Assembly (NCBI GenBank): GCA_020137815.1
Contig: CM035362.1
Coordinates: 1,984,001 to 2,048,000 of the forward strand
Direction of reading: 5' to 3'
DNA length: 64,000 nucleotides
From: Hormiphora californensis
Lineage: Eukaryota > Animalia > Ctenophora
The notes under the pieces are model-generated. The model saw only the letters and a list, made by a program, of their open reading frames with translations, was not told the DNA's origin and searched no databases. The position numbers were made by a program, and so were the translations under genes. This document shows positions 30,682 to 43,846 of the stretch, piece by piece (the stretch's first letter is position 1; every line of letters starts with the position of its first letter).

Positions 30682-33600
30682 TCACACTCCATGCTCACTC
30701 TCCTTCATTAAACTTTTATTACTGGGCGGAATGTTGCCGTACTCCCAATCAAACTGATTCGTTTCCCGGATCTTGTACACGCCCTTGTCTTTGTTACGTG
30801 TCCGGCACACGATAATCAGGACAATGATTAGGATGAGGAGCGCTGCTCCCACAACCGCACCCTGCAACGGAGAAATGGAGTTAATTAACGAGGAGATAGT
30901 AATTGGGAGTTAATTGGGAGAGTTAATTGGGAAAATGAGAACTGGGGTAAATAAGAAGGTTATTGTGCATATGAGGCGATATGAGTTAAATAGGCTGGTT
31001 CAAATATTAAATTTAGATTTCAGAATACCGGAAAAAATCCCAAAAACCCAAGTATGATCAGTGATCACTGATCACTCGCACTCTCGACAAGATTTCTGAC
31101 TTTAGTGCTGTATCTCTCCCCTCAATGGGGATAGTCCCCATTGCATCAGTTTATCTTTCTCTTTTTCCCGTTCAAAACACGCTGCGAATCACACCGAGAA
31201 TACACTCTTCTGGAAACCACACACACACACTCACTATAGAACTGTTACCCCTCACGACGTTCGCAAAAGTAACCAAAAAGCTAACTGCGTGATTTGGAAA
31301 AAAGATTGTCACTACTTGTTGACAACTTGTTGACTTACTCAACAAGTCACAACAGATAACGATTCAAACTTTCTATGTTCTCAATAATCAATACTTCTAA
31401 CTTCAAATGATTATTTCTACAGTTACTGAAATTATTCTGTTTTTCAGTCTGAATAACAGGACTATAATTAAAAAATTTAATAATTAATTAATTACTGGAT
31501 AATTCAGTAATGCAATATAGTTACCAGGATAATGTAAAGATCCTTGCTCTCCCCGGATATTACTTCAGCCTCAGTTCCATTCTTAGGGGGTTCAGTGGTT
31601 GTTGGGGCGGGTGTGGGTACCACTACTGCCATTGTCTCTGAGAACCTGCAGGTGAGAGATTGGTGTGAGTCAGAGCATTGGCGGAGCGCGCGAGAACTGT
31701 GGTCAGAGCATTGGCCTGACAGGTGTGAGGACTGAGGTGGAATGAAACTGAAAAAAAAACTTATAAAAGTAAATCTAGATCAAATCTTAATCAAATCAGT
31801 AAATCTAGCTCCCTTTGAAACTGGAGTATGAAAAACAATTTCTTACCTGGGAGTCAACATGCAGCCGCTTGTGAACCCCGTACTAAAGTTACCAGTGGTC
31901 GTCACGACCATCTGTTTATCTTCACTTTGGCCGGTGTGAACAGCAAACGGCTCGTGGTGCCTGTACTTGCCTGTTAAAATTTGTTGAGTATAGGGTGGGA
32001 AACTCAACAAGTCAAAATGGTATGGAGCTGTTATAGTGGCTGTTTTGTGAGTAGCGTTCAAAATTATAGAGAACAGGCCTGGCTTTGTTGAGTCTCATCC
32101 CTTACTCAACAAGCTTGTTCTATATAACAAAAGAAAAGAGTAAATTGGAGAAGCTGAAACTTTGAATTCCTGACTGGTTTTTAGGGGTTTCCCATGTGAC
32201 TTCCTCCCATACACGACCCATATCAGGACCTCGCGAGGGGCCCGGGGACCCCATCTTGGGGTCATGATGGACCCCCTAGACCCAGCACTTCCCGATAAGA
32301 TAGAAAGCTAATTCCAACTGCATTCGATTCGTCTCGAAAAACTGATTCAGAAAAGCTCTGTGCACCATGTAGACCTTATACATGGGAAACCCCTACTGGT
32401 TTTGTTGGGTAAGGGGTTACTCAACAAGACTGGTTGCTACTACATACTGCATGCAGATATATGTAACTCTAAAAAACCTACCATCAGCATTCGTGGTGAC
32501 AATATCAAAACTGGAAATACAACCCTGGTACCCCTCCCCAATTTCAACTGTCATGGGTAGCATGAGTTTATCTGTCATTCCGGGGATGTTTCCATAATTA
32601 TCAGGACCATCATCAACCTGAGATAATTAGTCAATTAAATAATTAATTAATTAAATATTCCCACAATATTTGAAAGACAAGGCATGAGGAAACAACGAAG
32701 TGGGTGGAACTATGTGGGACTGGGAGGTGCAAAAGTGCACACTTACCTTTAGAAATAGTTTGGCTCCATGCCTCTTTATCACAACTTTGTGTGCTTTGTT
32801 ATCAGCCAGATTCACCCAAGTGTTGGTCTGAAGGGAGGGTAATATATTACGTCATTATGACGTCATATTATGACAGCTTCCAAAACAAACAATGTGACGT
32901 TCTCCGCGGCGGCAGGGTCAACTTCATCAGATATCCTGGATGCGCGCGCAGCTAAATCTCGCGCAATATCATCCCTCCCCGCCAGAATTGTGCTATCGCG
33001 CGCTACGTAAAGTTACCAACAACACAACTCAGGGAGAGCGATCTGTTGCAGCAGTAAACTGGTGAGGGAAGTGGTACATACCTTTGCAACTTTGCCATTC
33101 TCAAGCCATCCATAGACGGTTAGAACCTTTTGATAGACCTTGACAAAATAACCCTGGTCGTCACTCTGCGAACTGAAAGGTGAAGTGTCACGTGATGCCC
33201 AAATATGGTCTGTCACGTGATGCCCAAATATGGTCTGTCACGTCCAGGGGACAATGGTCCAAATGCAATTAGGTACTATACCTGCACGCTTCACTCATGC
33301 AAACACACGCTTTCTGTCGCATATAACTCTCTCTTTCTCTCTCTATCTCTCTCACTCTTTCTCTCTCCCTGCTCCCTGCTCCCACACTATCTCTCTCACT
33401 CTCTCCCTCTCTCACTCTCTCCCAGTCGCAATTCGCATACAAAAACCGCACACATATGTTGCACACACACACACTCTGACCACTCACGTAGCGTTCCTCA
33501 CAAGTGATCTGGGATAGAATGGAACTTGGGCATAACCAAAATAAAATAAAGATTACTAAAAACTCTCAGATTTAAATAGTAGTTTACTTCGTTCTTTCTC

Positions 33601-36600
33601 ATTCTCATTTCAAAACTAGTTTTCCTCACTTCACTTCGTGTAAATTGTGTCTTGTGATGCAGCAACGCCCCGGGCCACCTCAGTAAGGGGATCTTTCAGG
33701 CCCCAAAGATCCCCTCACTCAGACCCTCTTCTTCACCCCATTTAGAGAATACTAGTCCAACCCAACCCCCCTAAGGCCTCATCCCTTACATCCCATCTAA
33801 ACTCACGCTAGCTTGAAGATAGTAGCGGGGGATTCCGTTGTAGTTGGTCGAAGATAGAACATCATCTGTTCCTCATAGCTTGCTTCAAGATCATATGTGA
33901 TGTTCGAGGTACCAGTACCAGTTGTGAATTTAACTGTCCCACGACCGTTGAATGAGATACTAGATCCTGAGGGAAAGCTGGGTTAAAAAAATGGGATTGG
34001 AAATACAATTATTGGGGTTGGGTGGTTGGCAATCGTGAAAGGAGGGAGAGAGAAGGAAGGATGGAGAGAGAAGGAAAGAGGGAGAGAGAATAAAAGAGTA
34101 GACCTTGGGAAACATTTATCCGCCAGTGGCTTGTTTATTTAAAGATTTTAGGCCACATAAGAACTGGGAAAGTTTCTGTTTTTGACCACAAATTGTGAAA
34201 TCTCGTGGGAAGAAAAGGAAACACCAGCCTCTAAAACCATTCTAAAAAGTTTCCCGCTCATTTCAATCTTCTCACATCGATAACTTCCTATATACATGTG
34301 AATAAATCCCCCTCTTTCTCTCCATTCTAATTCTCTACATATCTCTCTCTCTCTCTCTCTTCTCTCTATGTGATACATAAATCTAAACTACACAGAACTT
34401 GCCAGTCTCTGTAGTTTTGTGTGTAAACCTGTCTAGATAGCATTATATACTGTCTAGGTTGTATTCAATAACACGCATGACAGGTGAGCTCTGAGAAACA
34501 AAATACAGTCAGACCCATTTACCCCTTTTTCCCCAAACCCCTTCCCAGAAAACCCTTCCCCGGGGCCCGTTCGGGTTTTCCCATTAAGTTTTTTGTCCAA
34601 AAATTAAAAAAATTGTTGGTTTGATATTAACACCCTATTTGGTATATTTTTATAGATCCGGGGAAAAATTTATTTGATAAAAAAAAAGGGGGGGGAAAAA
34701 TCCCTTTTGGGGGGGAAAAAATTTGGGGGGGGGGGGGTTTTTTGTGGGGCAATAAATAGGGGGTTTTTTTATGGAAAAAAAAGGGGGGGGGGGGAAAAAA
34801 TTTTTTTGCCAAAAACGATGGATTGGAGTGTGTTTTTTCCCTTACTCAGTACGCAGGGTTCCCTTACCCCCAAAAAAAGGGAAAAGAGGATGAAAAAGGG
34901 GGGGGGGAGTGGTTTTTAAAACTTACGGGGCTTTCCCCCCAAACCCCTTCCAAATTTCCCCCTCCTCTTTTATTTCCCCCCTCTTCCTTCTCGTCCCTCT
35001 TCCTTTTCCCCTTTTCCCCTTTTTCCCTTTTTCCTTCTCTCACGGCCCCCTCCATCCCCTTTTTTCCTTCCCCTCTTCCCTCCCTCCTAACCTTCCCCCT
35101 TAAACTTCCCAACCCGGGCCCCTTTTTTCATTAAACTCATTCTTTTTCATTTTTCCGGGCTTCCTTTTTTTCTTTTCTTCTTTTTTTTTCCTCTAATCCT
35201 CTAAACTATCCTGGATTTGGAAAATTTTTAAAAAATCCCGGGAAACCTTCCCCTTTTTCATCCCTTTTAAAACCAAACCCCCCTCCCCCCTTTTTCCAAA
35301 AAATTTTTTTTTGGGGCCCCCCCTCTCTCCTTTATTTCGGCCTCGCTCCTCTCCCTTTCCTCTCGTTTTTTTCCTTTTTAATCCTTTTTTTTCAATCTTC
35401 TTTCCCTCCTTTTATTTCTCTCTTTTTTAATTTCCCTCTTTTCCCCCCCCTCCTTTTTTCCCCCAACCCCGCTCCCGCCTTACACCGGCACCCGGCCAAA
35501 CCCATTTCCCTCTTGTACTCTTTTCCTCCTCCTCCTCCCTTTTTCCCTTTTCCTCTTTGGCTTCACCTTAAATTTTCCCCAAATTTTCCCCCCAAATTTC
35601 CTTTTTTTTTGTTCTGAACCTCTCCCCTTTTCTTGTTTTTTTTTAAAACCCTTTTCCCTTTTCATTCTCCTTTCTTCTTCCCCCTCTTTTCGCTCCCCCC
35701 CCCTTCCCCCCCCTTCTTCCCTTTTTTCAGTTTCTTCAACCTCCCTCCTCACCTTTTATTTCTTTCTTTTTCCGTCCTCTTCTTCCCCTTTCCCTCCTTC
35801 CTTACTCTCCTTTCTTCACCTTTTTTTTTGTTTTGTTAAATTTTTCCCTTTTTCTCCCCCGTTTGTCACCCAAATACCCAACCAATTAAAAAGGTTTTTC
35901 CCCAAAATCCCTTTTTGGGTTTTCCCCCCAAAAAAAAACCCCTTTTTTAAATTTTTTTCCCTTTCTTTAAGGGGTTTGGGCCCCCCAATTTTTTTTTTTT
36001 TCCCCCTTTATACTAAAATTTAATTTTAAACCCCCCTTCATAAAAATTTTTGATTTCCCCCTTTTTGCTTTCCGGGTTTTTTTTGGGGGTTTGGTTTTTT
36101 CCCCCCTTTTTTTTCCAAAAATTTTTATTTTTCCCCCCCTTCTTTTTTTTTTTCCTAAAGCCCCCCCCCTTTTCCCCCTTTCTTTCCCCTCCCCCTTTTT
36201 CCTTTCTTTTTCTCTTTCCCCTTTCCCCCTTTCCCCCTTCCCCCCCTTTTTGTTTTTTCCCCCCCCGGGCCCCCTTGGGGTTAAAAAAAGGGGAAAAAAG
36301 GGCCCGGGGGGGGGGGAAAACGGGGGTTTTTTTCATATTATGATAGTATGTTTAAATTTTTGGGTGGGTTTTAAAAAGGGAAAATGAAAATAGGAAGAAG
36401 AAAAAGGTTTTTTTTTTTTTTTTTTTTTTAAAAAACCCTCCCCCCCCTTTTCGCTGCAAAATATAATACAGGGGGGCACTAAATAAAATCCCCTCCTTTT
36501 TTTTTTTTCCCCCCTTCTCTCGCTTTTTCCCTTTTTTTCCCCTCCAAGTGACATCACCAAGTGAACAAACAACAAATTCCCCGGGCCCCCTTTTTCCCTT

Positions 36601-39259
36601 TTTAAGAGATAGCACTTTGAAAAGAACTCTTTTCGCACATAATAACCCGGAAAATATTTTTATTGGCTGGAATACTTTAGCCACAAATGCTCTGCGAAAC
36701 GATCTCTTGATTCAACTCTCCATGTAACTCCATTTTCTTATTTTCCTGGTTTTTCAGTTTTTTTCCCATTTTATCTTTTTTCGGTATGACAGGAGCAGGG
36801 TTCCAACTCCACAATTATGGTACTAATTGTCTCAAGTCATTAGCCCCCTTATTGTTTCTTCATCCCTCTCTACCATTTCCTAGCCCGGTTCGTGAGCCCG
36901 CGACTGGTCATGAGAAATCGTTACTAGAAGGTCCTATTAGCGGTCTGCGGTTAGAATCTAAGAGAGATAGTGAAGAAGGAGAGAGAGAGAGAGGATAGAG
37001 ATAGAGGAGAGATAGTATGAAGACTGAAGGTAGGTAAACGATAGTACTGAGTCTATTTCTGGGTTTTAAAAAGCCATATTCTTTACCAGATATAGATTAA
37101 CCTAAAGTGGAGAAGTTTCCCCCTTTTGGGAATTTTTGGCCACCTAAACGTCCTAATTTGTTTATTCCTGCTTTTCAATAAAAACCAAAAGACACCCTAA
37201 TACCTCCAGTCATTTTGAAGATAATTAAAAAGGACAAGAAAAAAATATGATGAGGGGGGGGGGGGCTGGGTATTTTGTGGGACAAGTAATAACTCAAGAA
37301 AATCAATAATATTTGGGGGTAATAAACACACATACCTTTGCACTGTGGAACATCACAATACTGGGCAGGCTCCTCTGCATTATCGACACTACACCAGGGT
37401 CTGTCATACTGGTCAGGGTTTGGGTTCCGGCAGTAGTTCTCCGCTAGTCGGTACCGGTCAAAACTGGAAAAGAGGTTTTAATGCAAAATAGATAGGATTG
37501 GAGATAGATTTAGGGTTCACAGGATGGGGGTTTAGACAGGTCATACGGTTGTAGAGCTGGATTTTAATTTATCGGCTCATTTTGGACTTAGGAATTGTAG
37601 TTGGTTCGATAGGAACTGGAAGGGGGGTTGGTCAAAAGGGGCTCATTAAATCTCGGGAATCTCTCAATCAGGAGAGACAAAATCAAGAGAGAGTAATCAC
37701 ACCCTTTCTTTCGCACACACCACACGGACACATTCTCACTCGCATTCACTCTTATCAGGGATTATGATAATCATGGCCTGGCCCACGTGTCACAAAAAAA
37801 AGATAGGAAAAAGATAGGTCTGACACACGCACACAGGGAGAAAAAGATAGATCTCAAACAAACATTACCCAATCATTGAATACTGCTCAACGTATGCTCT
37901 GAGAGTGGGTTATATATGTATGTCGTGTGGGGGGAGAATATTTTATCAGAAAGTTATAACTTGGCAACTAAGAAAATATTAAACATACCAATGCATGATT
38001 CGGACTACCCTGAAATTCTCGAGCAATACAATGATTCTCACCTGTAGATGGATTTATCCCAGGCAATACAAGACTCGCCCTTTTCTGTTACACTGACGCT
38101 GCCTTGATAGTCGAAAACCGTACCCTCGGTCAATATAACAATCGGTAGCTAGTGAGGGGAAATATGTGTTAGTTAGAAATATAATGTTGATTTCAAGACT
38201 CCCAAAAACCGGAATGTTTTCATTCCTCTTACTTCAAAAAATAAATTGTCAGGTGAGTCAAAATAATTATTGATATGTTGAGCGGGTGTGAGCTGAATTT
38301 TGATGAGAGTCAGTCATTTTGAACGTTATTATAGCAGCGGTCTTCTGTCAAATCAAGCTGATTGATTGTCTCAGTCTCTCTTTTTTTCTCTCTCTCTCTC
38401 TCTCTCTCAATTTCTAATAACCTTAGTAAGGAGGCGTTGAAAAGCAGCTGAGATAGAAAGAGCTCAGAGATAGAGAGGAAGGAAGAGAGTGAGATATAGA
38501 GGCCATCAGAGAGTAGCTCAAATAGAGTACTGACAGGGTACTTGAGTAGGTGTGAGCGTGTGCTCTAATCCAGGAAACTTCCCCTAAACCAAGTTTAAAG
38601 GGCATCTTTGACAGAAATAAAAATACCGCCAAGAACGGAGCCCCAATACCGCCAAGACATGATACACGGAAGAAGTGTGACCCCTTGCAACAGCCATCTC
38701 TCTCTGTGTGTTTCAAATGCCACCATCCAGCTCTCGGGCCCGGAAAAGTGAGGGGATGTTTATGTGAAATGTGTGGGAGGCAGGGAGAGAGATAGAGGAA
38801 GGAAGGGAGAGATGGAGAGAGGAGGGGAGAGAGAAGGGCCATGGGCATGTATTTTTCAGAAACTGACACACCCAAAGATGGGAGTAACATCTAGTAAAAA
38901 CATTGCATGAGAGATGAGATGGAGACATAGCGAGAGAAGAGAAAGAGGGAGAGAAATCGGTAAATAAGAGGGAGGGAGAGGGAGAAAGAGAGAGAGAAAG
39001 ATAGAGAAGATGAATCATGGTAATCGAATACCATGTGTTTAGCGTGTAGTGATACATGTCAAGAGGAGGCCAATATATAACGCCAGTAACATTTAATGTC
39101 AAACTAATATCACTTTGGATTGGAACATTTCGGGATGTTTGATTTTGGTTTGGCGATGTTTCAAGGTGAAAGGAGTCTCCACTTTTCTAACCCCCCTCTC
39201 TTCTCCGTGGTCAATCACAAAATAACTCACCCGTTTAGAAGGAGAAAGGGGTGAGTGAA

Positions 39260-39343
<84 letters not shown>

Positions 39344-42300
39344 TGAGAAGATGGTTTAAACACAAGCCTCCCCAGTACATGGTATATTAAACAAACTGCA
39401 GACAACAATAATCACGTGACCTAAACCCTGGATGCTGATTGGCCGAGAGTCCCCATTCTCTCCCCTGATTGGCTTCTCTCAGTGGTCACGTGATCTGCTA
39501 TCATGTGATCAATGTTGACGGCAATGAATTGTAAAGCGCACAGGGGCCACCAAAAGTTTCTATTGCTAGATCACTGTTTAGAACAAAAGCTGAATTTAAA
39601 AACTTGGGGCCTTGAGAAGAGAATATTCTTTTGTTTAAGTGCTTGGATAATTACACTCTAGCTAGCTTCTAAAACGCTTCGATAACTCTCACTATATCTC
39701 TATTTCTTTCATGTTATATTGACAGGCACTAAGAAGACACTACAAAGACTTTTTGCCCCCCCCCCCTTTCCATACATTGGTAGGAGTCCCCGACATAGCA
39801 GGTTCTTGCGCTCTGAAAGAAATGAGAATAGGGCCAGGCCAATGCTCTGACAGCGACATAGGGCGCTGTCCGAAAGTGCATGACAGTTTATTATTGATTA
39901 TAGCCAGGCTGATTTCTTTAATTCTTGCATGCATAGATCATGATCAAAAACATTTTACTGTTTTTAGAATCACCCAAGGAATTTAAATTAGCGGGAGAGA
40001 CAGAAAATTGGCGGGAGAGACAAAAAGAGAAGTTGATTGAAAGAGAGATCGTCTGTGAAGGTGGAAATAGATCAACCCCCCACCCCGCCACCAATGTTTA
40101 TCCAAGACTGCTTGACCCTTGTCCTTAAGCAATTACTAAACATCTTCTGAGCCCTCCAGCCTTACATTATATCGTGTCAATCATGTACACACTTATCACG
40201 TGACTTACCGCCAAGGGCCCAATTAGCAGCCAATTAGACGGAATCAGTCACTCATGAGTGTACGGGACGAGGAAGAGAAGATGAAAGAAAGTGACAAGAC
40301 ACACATCTGCTGTGAGAGAGAGAAAGGAGAGAGGGGGAAAAATGAGAGGAGAGGAGAACGGGGGGGAGAGAGAGAAGAGAGAGAGAGATTGTTTTGTGTG
40401 TGTGAGAGGAAAAGAGAGAAGAGGAGGTGGGGGAGAGAGGGAGAGAGAGAGAGAAAAGGGGGAGAGAGAGGAGAAAAGAGAGAGAGAGAGGAAAAAAGAG
40501 AGGGGGGGAAAAAGGGAGACCAGAAAAAGAGGGGGGTTTTGGTGTGTTTATTTATGGTCTGGGAAAAATGCAAAAATTTTTATGTTTGAAACAAAAATTT
40601 GGCCCCGGAAAGGGGTTAAAAGGAAAACCAAAAAACCAATGAATATTCAAACGTTTAACAGAAAAAAAGAATTAAAAATATTTGGGTTTTCATAATGTTT
40701 TCAGACCTGTTTTTGTCTACACTTTCAGAGAAAAGGAAAAGGAATGAAAAGCCCGGAAAATAAAATGTTTGGTTGAAAAAAAATTTTCCATAAAACATTA
40801 GGTTAAAAAAAGAAAAAGAACTTCAAAAACGGGCCCCCCCCCTTTTAAACCAGAACTTCGGGAGCCCCAAGAGTGTGGAGACCCGCCCCCCGAGAAAAAG
40901 GGTTCCCCAAAACCTAGGGGCCCGCATAAGGAGGGAGGAGGGAAGAAGGAGAGAGAGAGAAAGAGGAGAGAGAGAGAGGAGAGAGGGGGAAAAGGAGGAA
41001 GGAAGGAGAGGCGGAATCCCCGCCAAGCAGACCACAGGGGCGGGGAATTTCGGTCGGGCGGGGGAGTTGTCATGCATTCTGACACCGTTTTACCATTTTA
41101 CTGCCCACTGATCCACAACCTCAACCTCTCTATCCTATTCCTTTCTCTCTCTTTGCCGCAAAGTATGTGAATAACACAACGATAACAGTTTTGGGCAACA
41201 CGGCTGAGCTTAGTAAGCAAACTGTTTACACCCAGTTTATTCTACGGATTGTCAAGTAAAATCTGATCGGAATAAAAAACACCGATATGGGCATTTTTTT
41301 AACTGTGCAAAAAATTTTTCCGAAAATGACATTTAAATTCAGTTTTTTTCGACTTTTATCATAGTTTTTTTCAAAAAAAAAATTTCCAAGAAATTATGGT
41401 AAAAATGTAAGGGAATAGATTTAAAAGGGAAAAAAAATTAAAAAAAAAAGGAGGTGCCCGGTGACCTTTTGCAAAAGGTGTGCCCCTTCCGTAAATTTTT
41501 AAATTTTTTTTAAAATTTTCGAAATATGCAAAAATGCCAAAATTTAAAAAACCCTTTTAAAATATGTAAACAAATACTAATCTATGGGTGAACCCGGGGT
41601 TTTAAAATTTTACTTTTACAGCTCTTTTAGCCCGGAGCACCTCAGTTTCACGACTTTTTCCTAGTAGATACTTTTAGTAGACTCAAAACCATCATTTGTA
41701 CCAAAAAAGTTCCAAAAATTTTGCTCAATGAGTGAGGTGCACCCAAAAAACTGTATTTTCTTTCAAACGCTAATTGCACCTCACTCAGTGAGTATATAGT
41801 TCTAAAAGTGGCCTTAATTTGCTCATATGACATCCCCAAACACTACCTAATCGATTCCAAGGTCATTGCTCAACCTGTGAGGTGCACTGGAGAAGTAGGT
41901 AAATATGTCATTTTTTGAGGGTCTGCACCTCACTCGCTGAGTAATTTTTAGGGCAAATTTTAGGTAAATCAGGAGGGAAATTGTCTAATCTTGCTTTATG
42001 CCAAGTTTCAATTCTTTATTTACTCATTGACCCCTAGTGAGTAAACTTTTAGCTCTAAAATCGGCTTGCACCTCACCAAATGAGTAAATTTTTCCATGGT
42101 TTTTCACCTCATCTGATGAGTGAGAAATATCCCCACCATTTCTGAAAGTTTGGAGATTTTTGATCAAACGGTATTTCTACAAATCGGGGGCACCTCACGA
42201 TAGCACCTCACGGCGTAGAAATGCTATAGCACCTCACTGGAGTAAGCTAGAGACTTCGTTCTTTCACTAAATTGAACTTTTAATATTTCTCGATTTTTTG

Positions 42301-42592
42301 AGGTGCTGAGTAAATTTCCAGTGGCCACAGCTATTTTGCTATGATCATTTGAAAAAATTTGGTAGTTGCACAAGTTAAAAAAAAAATGACCATATCCCCT
42401 ATAATTACTGCCCAAAGATGTGATCCTCAATTCAGTCAATATTCCAAGTAATGGGCGGAAGCTCCAACCAATTTCAACCTTTTAAATTAAATGGAACACT
42501 AACTTCAATTTGTAAGCATATTTTCTTAATCCCTTCAATTTGAAACATGGAAGCTTGTATAAAATACAAGACACTAATTAAGCTCTCAAACA

Positions 42593-42650
<58 letters not shown>

Positions 42651-42655
42651 CCCCG

Positions 42656-42723
<68 letters not shown>

Positions 42724-43144
42724 ATTTACGCCCAAGCTGTATGACATGTAGAGCACCTTGGAATTTCTCTGCTAATTATCCAGTCTAATGGAAGTCACCC
42801 AATTACCGGGATAATTTGAAATAAGAATCCACCTCGCCCTACTGTGTGATTTTAGTGAGGACAAGAAAACTCCGAAAGTAGCTAGGACAGATTGGGATAA
42901 TTTTTTGAAAGTCCCAAATTTAAGTTGTCATTGTATGAATTTCATGTTAAAACCTGGAATCTGAATCCAAGAATCCTGGTCATGGTTGAATATATTGTTT
43001 TGAACCAAACTCCCGAATTTCGGCATTATCGGAACTAATGATCTGTAGATCACGTGACACTCCAGACCATCTTCTGATGCTGAGAGCTGCTGCACTTAGA
43101 GGGAGCCATTTACGTCTAATTACACTTTGGGGGAATGAGGGATG

Positions 43145-43198
<54 letters not shown>

Positions 43199-43206
43199 TG
43201 AGAGTG

Positions 43207-43248
<42 letters not shown>

Positions 43249-43791
43249 GAGAGAGAAGAGAGAGAGAGAGAGAAAAAGATAGATGCCTAGAAAGAAGTCC
43301 TAAGAATATATCAGGTCTGTGTAAACCTCAGCATTGTATACATCACACACATAGCACGGTTAATTGTTTACCCACTTATTATATATGTGTGTGTGTGTGC
43401 CAGGGTACTACACTTCCCTAGTGAGGCACGTGGTGGTTACCATAGCAACCAGGGGTGTCGCTAACAAGAGAGATCACCAGAGTGAGCGACTGACTTTAGA
43501 ATTGTAAGTTGGAAAAACCTTCACGGTGACAGGAACAGGGGGTATGTGTAATTGAGAACTGGTAGGGAGAGATTGATAAGGGTCCCCGGGGGAATTAGGT
43601 GCTGATAGGTGGGTATGGGAGGAAGGGGGAAATTTAACCATGAGTACTGTTTATTTTTAGCATCGACCAAAACTTGAAAAATTATCGATTTTGAGAACTG
43701 AGTTTTTGGTAAGCTTGGTAGTTTTCTCACAAACCCGTGTCCGTGTAAGTACACTGGCCATTGTTATGCTTACACTGCTAAGTTACGAGCA

Positions 43792-43846
<55 letters not shown>

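Noticed and set aside
34627-36684. F/P/K/G-rich ORFs
   Set aside because: Products of homopolymer-inflated low-quality sequence.
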